Below, piece by piece: positions 59,478 to 64,000 of a stretch of 64,000 bases of DNA. The notes below the pieces were generated by a model that was not told the DNA's origin, searched no databases, and worked only from the letters and a program-made list of their open reading frames with translations. The DNA comes from an uncultured virus (IMG/VR IMGVR_UViG_3300028805_000098) (Duplodnaviria; Heunggongvirae; Uroviricota; Caudoviricetes), in IMG/VR virus record IMGVR_UViG_3300028805_000098, positions 1-64,000 of that record. The stretch is one strand, 5' to 3'. How positions within the stretch are numbered: position 1 is the stretch's first letter; each line of letters opens with the position of its first letter. The translations under genes and the position numbers were made by a program.

Positions 59478-59634
59478 TTCACGAAAGAATCTGTGTCGTA
59501 AATCGGCACAGACACCGCACACATTTGCGGCACAGATTCTTTTTCCCTCAAGGAGATATTTTTTACCTCCCACAACAAGAAGCGTGACAAAGCCAGAACC
59601 TTAATAGGTTCTGGCTTTTTCTCCTTTTTACGTT

Positions 59635-59742
59635 CCGACATTACCCTCTCCCATAAGTATATATTATCGTGGTGTATAGGAGTTTAGTAGGAGTTCTCTT
59701 GTACTAAATTGCGAAAACCTACGATCCACATCTTTAAGGAGG
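59635..59742 (+). promoter_or_regulatory. Conserved promoter-leader element, copy F
   Basis: Near-identical to copies B and E. Confidence 0.92.
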
Positions 59743-59751
59743 ATGTTTGAA

Positions 59752-60399
59752 ATGAGCATTTACGTCAATGGTGTGAAATCAGATGATTTGAACGACGAGG
59801 AGAGAAAGGCGTTCGAAAACGCTAAGGCGCTCAAATCACGTCATGTTCCGAGAGGAACTGACGGAGTGGTCTGGGCGCACGGCCTCAACGCTGTCAACAG
59901 ATCGCAGTCGCCTGCGGTCGCACTCGAAAAACTGTTGACCATTCTTGGCACCGGAGCCGAGATAAGTTGCTCGAAACCCGGGCCTGAATCTAGGCTCATG
60001 AACGGAGGACTCGGCGTAATAGGCGTTTATGTGAAAGGCGAAACGTCGTTAATGGCCTCCGTTGATTGCGGGAGCTACACGATTGATGGGAAGCGTTACC
60101 CATCAATTCGTGAGGAGTTCATCGTTGACGACTATGAAAAACTCGACGACGAATACAGCGCCTACACCGAGGCGTTTGTCGCTCCGCAAAAAATCGTGGG
60201 GTTCTGGATTTCGAAAAAGGCGTACGAAAACTACGTCACGAATTTCGAATCCGGAGAAGCGGAAAAAGTTTACAAGAAACGCTACGGCGAAAATTGGAAA
60301 GTCTTCTTTCGGTTTGAGTATCTCAAACCAAGAGAAGGTTTCATCAGCTGTTTCAACATGTTGAAAGACATGGGTATTCCTATGACTTTCGCATATTGA
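59752..60399 (+). CDS. Hypothetical cargo protein of cassette F
   Basis: ATG spaced from AAGGAGG; followed by a CCACGC/GCGTGG-T9 terminator. Confidence 0.75.
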   Translation: MSIYVNGVKSDDLNDEERKAFENAKALKSRHVPRGTDGVVWAHGLNAVNRSQSPAVALEKLLTILGTGAEISCSKPGPESRLMNGGLGVIGVYVKGETSLMASVDCGSYTIDGKRYPSIREEFIVDDYEKLDDEYSAYTEAFVAPQKIVGFWISKKAYENYVTNFESGEAEKVYKKRYGENWKVFFRFEYLKPREGFISCFNMLKDMGIPMTFAY

Positions 60400-60495
60400 A
60401 ACAATTCAGCCACGCAAAACCGCGTGGTTTTTTTTTCTCCGAATTTCACCTATTTTTACCCCTCGCGACAAAGCACTAAAAAGAGGTGATAAACG

Positions 60496-61896
60496 ATGCC
60501 TAAACTTTCTAGTGCTCAAAGAAAAGAACTCCCCGCAGATCAGTTCGGTCTTCCGGAAGATAGAGCTTTTCCAATGCCCGACGAAAATCACGTCCGTAGT
60601 GCGATTGCGTACTTCCATACATGCCCACCAAAAAAGCGTAAGCAATTAGCTGCGAATATAAACAGACTCGCCAAACAATACAACATGAAAGTCAAACTGA
60701 AGAAATATTCGGCATTTAAACCATACGCAGATAAAGATATTATCGCAGCAGAATCGTCTTCTATAGATTACTTAGAAGCCCCAACCATCACAATGGAAGA
60801 AAAACACGTCATAATGAACGCGACTGATTATGCTGAAGGTGTGCTCACATTTGATAAATGGTCTAATATCTTCAGGAATCAACTGGTAGATCCAGCGCAT
60901 CAACATCATTCATGTCAGTTTAGTGACAGATTAAATGACGCAATAAACCAAGCTATTAAGAAATCCGCTCAGAATTATCTCGATAAAGATTATATTCTGA
61001 ACGGACGATTTAACACCACAAGAATTTCGGATTACGTCTATGACACAGACCTGAAACTTTGCTACGACATAACCAGAAATTTTTTCTATACAAAATCGGT
61101 GTACGACGCCAATATGTTAGAAAAGATTCGGCGAGTTGCTAACAAAGATATGTTAATAAATGCATTTGGTGAAATCAAGAAGCATATTGATGCTCCGATA
61201 ATCACTAAGATGTGTGACGATATTGACTTTGTTATTAGACAAAGTAAACCGGATGATGACCAATGGCCACTCACTAGCGAATATGACTGGCGAATGAAAG
61301 ATGAACTTCTAAATCCAAGAGATTGGGCTACTAATGGAATTAATCTCAGTAATATGAATGATTTCGGTTTCTTAGCCAGACCTTCAAACTTTCGAAATTT
61401 CTCCGATGAAGAAATCCATCAATTCTTAAGCAATTATCGCATCGTCAATAAGATATGTGATATGGCTCTGTTAAACATGGTCGAAAATTTTGGATTCCCA
61501 CCAATTAAAGAGGGAACCAGTGTTGCGCACGATGTATTGGAAATGGACCGCAGAGGCATCATAGACGGATATTACATATGTGGAGACAATGACGATATTG
61601 AGCGAGATACTGCATTCAAAGTAGCAGTGAAGATGAAAGATACGATATATATCCCGGTTCATGTGTATCGAGACGAAGAAAAGTCAATCGTAACTATGGT
61701 GAAAATGTTTGATAACGATGTTCACAAGAATTACTTCATTCATATATCTGACATTTTCTTACGTTCCAGAGAAAGAAAATTGCCGAAGATGCCTGTACGG
61801 AGAATCACATTCTACAGAACCAAAACGGTTTTGGAATCGACAATTGAAGGTATTTCTGTCAGTAGAACTGGAGAAATCGATTTAGACATATCTTAG
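60496..61896 (+). CDS. Protein with N-terminal DUF6582-like domain (probable virion protein)
   Basis: LSSAQRKELPADQFGLPEDRAFPMPDENHVRSAIAYF; late promoter at 60467-60478. Confidence 0.7.
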   Translation: MPKLSSAQRKELPADQFGLPEDRAFPMPDENHVRSAIAYFHTCPPKKRKQLAANINRLAKQYNMKVKLKKYSAFKPYADKDIIAAESSSIDYLEAPTITMEEKHVIMNATDYAEGVLTFDKWSNIFRNQLVDPAHQHHSCQFSDRLNDAINQAIKKSAQNYLDKDYILNGRFNTTRISDYVYDTDLKLCYDITRNFFYTKSVYDANMLEKIRRVANKDMLINAFGEIKKHIDAPIITKMCDDIDFVIRQSKPDDDQWPLTSEYDWRMKDELLNPRDWATNGINLSNMNDFGFLARPSNFRNFSDEEIHQFLSNYRIVNKICDMALLNMVENFGFPPIKEGTSVAHDVLEMDRRGIIDGYYICGDNDDIERDTAFKVAVKMKDTIYIPVHVYRDEEKSIVTMVKMFDNDVHKNYFIHISDIFLRSRERKLPKMPVRRITFYRTKTVLESTIEGISVSRTGEIDLDIS

Positions 61897-61906
61897 AATC
61901 GAAAAT

Positions 61907-61915
61907 ATATATTAT
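61907..61915 (+). promoter_or_regulatory. Early-type promoter ATATATTAT
   Basis: Exact motif in intergenic DNA. Confidence 0.65.
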
Positions 61916-62089
61916 ATAGGTATAAGACGCAGTGAAATTAGTAGCTGCGACTTAAATCTAATAAATGTGGGGGGAGGTAAATGAAACGTAAAACCACCCT
62001 CCTGTTACTGAAAGGAGGTGACGACCATGGGTGACAATAGCACTTGTGGAACTCGCCGCTAATCAGTAGCAGCAGTTCAAAAAACGGTT

Positions 62090-62135
62090 AAACCGGGGAG
62101 CAAATTCTATCAGATTGCTCCCCGGTTTTTTTTTC
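62090..62135 (+). terminator. Intrinsic terminator
   Basis: AAACCGGGGAGCAA..TTGCTCCCCGG followed by a T10 run. Confidence 0.85.
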
Positions 62136-62151
62136 TCGTTTTAATCCCAAA

Positions 62152-62670
62152 TTACTTAGAGGTAAGTTCGTCCGCCTTAGGCTTATTTTTTTTGGTACTC
62201 ATAAGACCTCCAGCGTCATTACCATTCCTTTTAGAATCGGCTTCAGCCTTACCTCCAGCCGCTGATACGGTAATCTTATTCTCAACGACGGCAGTCTCAA
62301 CTTTAACCGATTCTTTTTCAGCAGGTTTTTCAGTTTTTGCTTCAGGCGCAGGAGTTTCGACTTTGGCATTTTTCTTCGGCAGAGGCTTAATATCTTCATC
62401 AGGTTTCTTAACCTTTTTAAGACCTTCACCACCATCGCCATTGATGTCGACATTGTAGTTCGAAAGACTGAGTTTAACTTCAGACTTATTATTCAGAATT
62501 TCCGTAACGTGATAACCCTTTTGCAAGAGAATCGCAATCGTTTTAACGGTCATAATCTGAGGAAGAGTGGGTCCATAGATTCCACCGAGCGGCATAATCG
62601 GACCACGATCTGTAACTTTTACAAGTTTCTTGTCTACGAATGTAGTCATATCAGTTTCCATTAGTTTCAT
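62152..62670 (-). CDS. Hypothetical protein with low-complexity K/E/P/A tail
   Basis: 172-aa ORF. Confidence 0.7.
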   Translation of the reverse strand: MKLMETDMTTFVDKKLVKVTDRGPIMPLGGIYGPTLPQIMTVKTIAILLQKGYHVTEILNNKSEVKLSLSNYNVDINGDGGEGLKKVKKPDEDIKPLPKKNAKVETPAPEAKTEKPAEKESVKVETAVVENKITVSAAGGKAEADSKRNGNDAGGLMSTKKNKPKADELTSK

Positions 62671-62676
62671 CCTTTC

Positions 62677-63018
62677 TTAAACTTCTTCAGTGGGCGGTAT
62701 ATACGCCTCGCAACATTCTTCCACTGACATATCTTTCTCGTTACCCTGTTCGTCGCGACCACGAATAATTCCTTGAATAATCGCTTCATTATCCAAATCG
62801 ATGTCGGATTCGGGAAGAGCATCGATCAACTTGCCAATATCTTCATCGCAGTAATCGTCGTCTTCATGCCAACATTCCGGAGCATCGCATTCTTCGAGCA
62901 TGATATCTCTCTGAGGTGCGCGTTCAATAGCATCAAGGACAAATCCTTCAAACGAAGCATCTGCCTTTTTAGTTGCCAATTGTGAACGTAATGTCTTAAG
63001 CATCTCAAATTCCTCCAT
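62677..63018 (-). CDS. Hypothetical acidic protein
   Basis: 113-aa ORF. Confidence 0.65.
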   Translation of the reverse strand: MEEFEMLKTLRSQLATKKADASFEGFVLDAIERAPQRDIMLEECDAPECWHEDDDYCDEDIGKLIDALPESDIDLDNEAIIQGIIRGRDEQGNEKDMSVEECCEAYIPPTEEV

Positions 63019-63021
63019 TCT

Positions 63022-64000
63022 TCAGTGTGAGATTTTAAGTTTTTGTCGAAGCTGTTCATTCTCAACATAATTATTGTTTGTCTTGGTAACAGACTTCTTG
63101 TATTGATAAAGAATGTACAGGAATAGAGGTATCAAGACATAATCCAAGTATGTGGGTCTAACGCGAATTTTGTCATTGAAATTACCTAAAAGTTTTCCTA
63201 CACTTTCAATATCATTATTGATGTATTTCACCAAGACATTGTAGATCAAATTTGTGGTATCAACGTTTCCATTAGAGCAGATTGCTTCAAACAAATCTTG
63301 AGGTATTAACGGATGAATCTGTCTACCAAATGGATTTATATGTCGTTCACTTATCGTTATTCCGGAAGTGTCAAAATCTCCATAGAACTGGAATATTGAA
63401 TCGGTGAAAGTGGGAATAGTATCATAATACCGCATAAATCTTGGTGATTGAATCAATTCCAAATCTTTGTTAATGACAACCGATTGAATTGAGTTTGCGT
63501 TATAGAAGAACTCAAATTCCGGTCTGGTTTCTACATAGAACTTATAATTCCAAAAGTTTCTTGGATTCTGAGCAAATATCGATTGCTCATTACAGAAGTA
63601 ATTCACATAAGCATCATACAGCATATTGTAACCATGTGGATTCTTAACCATCAACGCATTATATTTCTCATTATAGAAGAAAGTGAGATATTTCCTTGAT
63701 AATTCATCTGCCATTTTCTGGAGCTTATTAGTAATATCATAATTCTCTTCCTTTATGAGAAATGCGTCTTGTGTTCCATAATTGTCGTAAACGCAAATGA
63801 ATGTGTCGTTTACCTTCTTAAGATAATCCTCGTAATAATAACCATTATCGACACCTTTTACCACAAAATTAATCTTGTAATAGTTCTTCGCAAGAATTGT
63901 GTCGTAATGAATTTCGATTACACGGAAAAACCATTTCTTTCCAAGAGCTGTTGCAATAAATGCATCATCCGGTAACGGAGTTATAGTTTGTGGAAGAATT
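63022..64000 (-). CDS. Putative virion structural protein; 5'-partial
   Basis: Frame stays open to the window edge (ILPQTITPLPDDAF...NYYKINF). Confidence 0.65.
   Translation of the reverse strand, partial: ILPQTITPLPDDAFIATALGKKWFFRVIEIHYDTILAKNYYKINFVVKGVDNGYYYEDYLKKVNDTFICVYDNYGTQDAFLIKEENYDITNKLQKMADELSRKYLTFFYNEKYNALMVKNPHGYNMLYDAYVNYFCNEQSIFAQNPRNFWNYKFYVETRPEFEFFYNANSIQSVVINKDLELIQSPRFMRYYDTIPTFTDSIFQFYGDFDTSGITISERHINPFGRQIHPLIPQDLFEAICSNGNVDTTNLIYNVLVKYINNDIESVGKLLGNFNDKIRVRPTYLDYVLIPLFLYILYQYKKSVTKTNNNYVENEQLRQKLKISH

Noticed and set aside
3706..59742. Leader repeats as IS/MITE ends or a known ribozyme (hammerhead, pistol, HDV-like)
   Set aside because: No terminal inverted repeats, target-site duplications or transposase seen; the catalytic consensus (e.g. 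CUGANGA..GAAA) is not present.
1..64000. Alternative genetic code (stop-codon reassignment)
   Set aside because: Core genes are full-length and densely packed under the standard code, and TAA, TGA and TAG all act as stops.

Overview
This window is a 64-kb segment of a jumbo myophage genome of the AR9/PBS1/phiKZ-like type, which encodes split multisubunit RNA polymerases. The host is probably an anaerobic Firmicute (strong AGGAGG Shine-Dalgarno sites, NrdD, amidase); this is inference. Core genes include a tail fibre with a DGR-type C-terminus, an SbcC/Rad50 ATPase, the N-terminal half of a split family-B DNA polymerase, portal, tail tube and sheath, two separate RNAP beta-prime pieces, large terminase, major capsid protein, prohead protease, a GroEL-like chaperonin, primase, baseplate proteins, an amidase and NrdD. 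Two phage promoter classes can be read from the sequence: ATATATTAT (early type) and RACA-N6-TA (late/AR9-nvRNAP type). The most striking feature is a family of six dispersed single-gene expression cassettes. Each has a conserved ~95-110 bp front end (CYGACATY-C-rich box, ATATATTAT, and a structured leader ending in an invariant CCTACGATCC), then an unrelated cargo ORF, then a related hairpin/terminator module. A tandem duplication at 53.9-55.7 kb kept both flanks but carries two unrelated ORFs, which suggests cargo exchange at defined boundaries. All protein calls come from motifs seen by eye; no database search was run.
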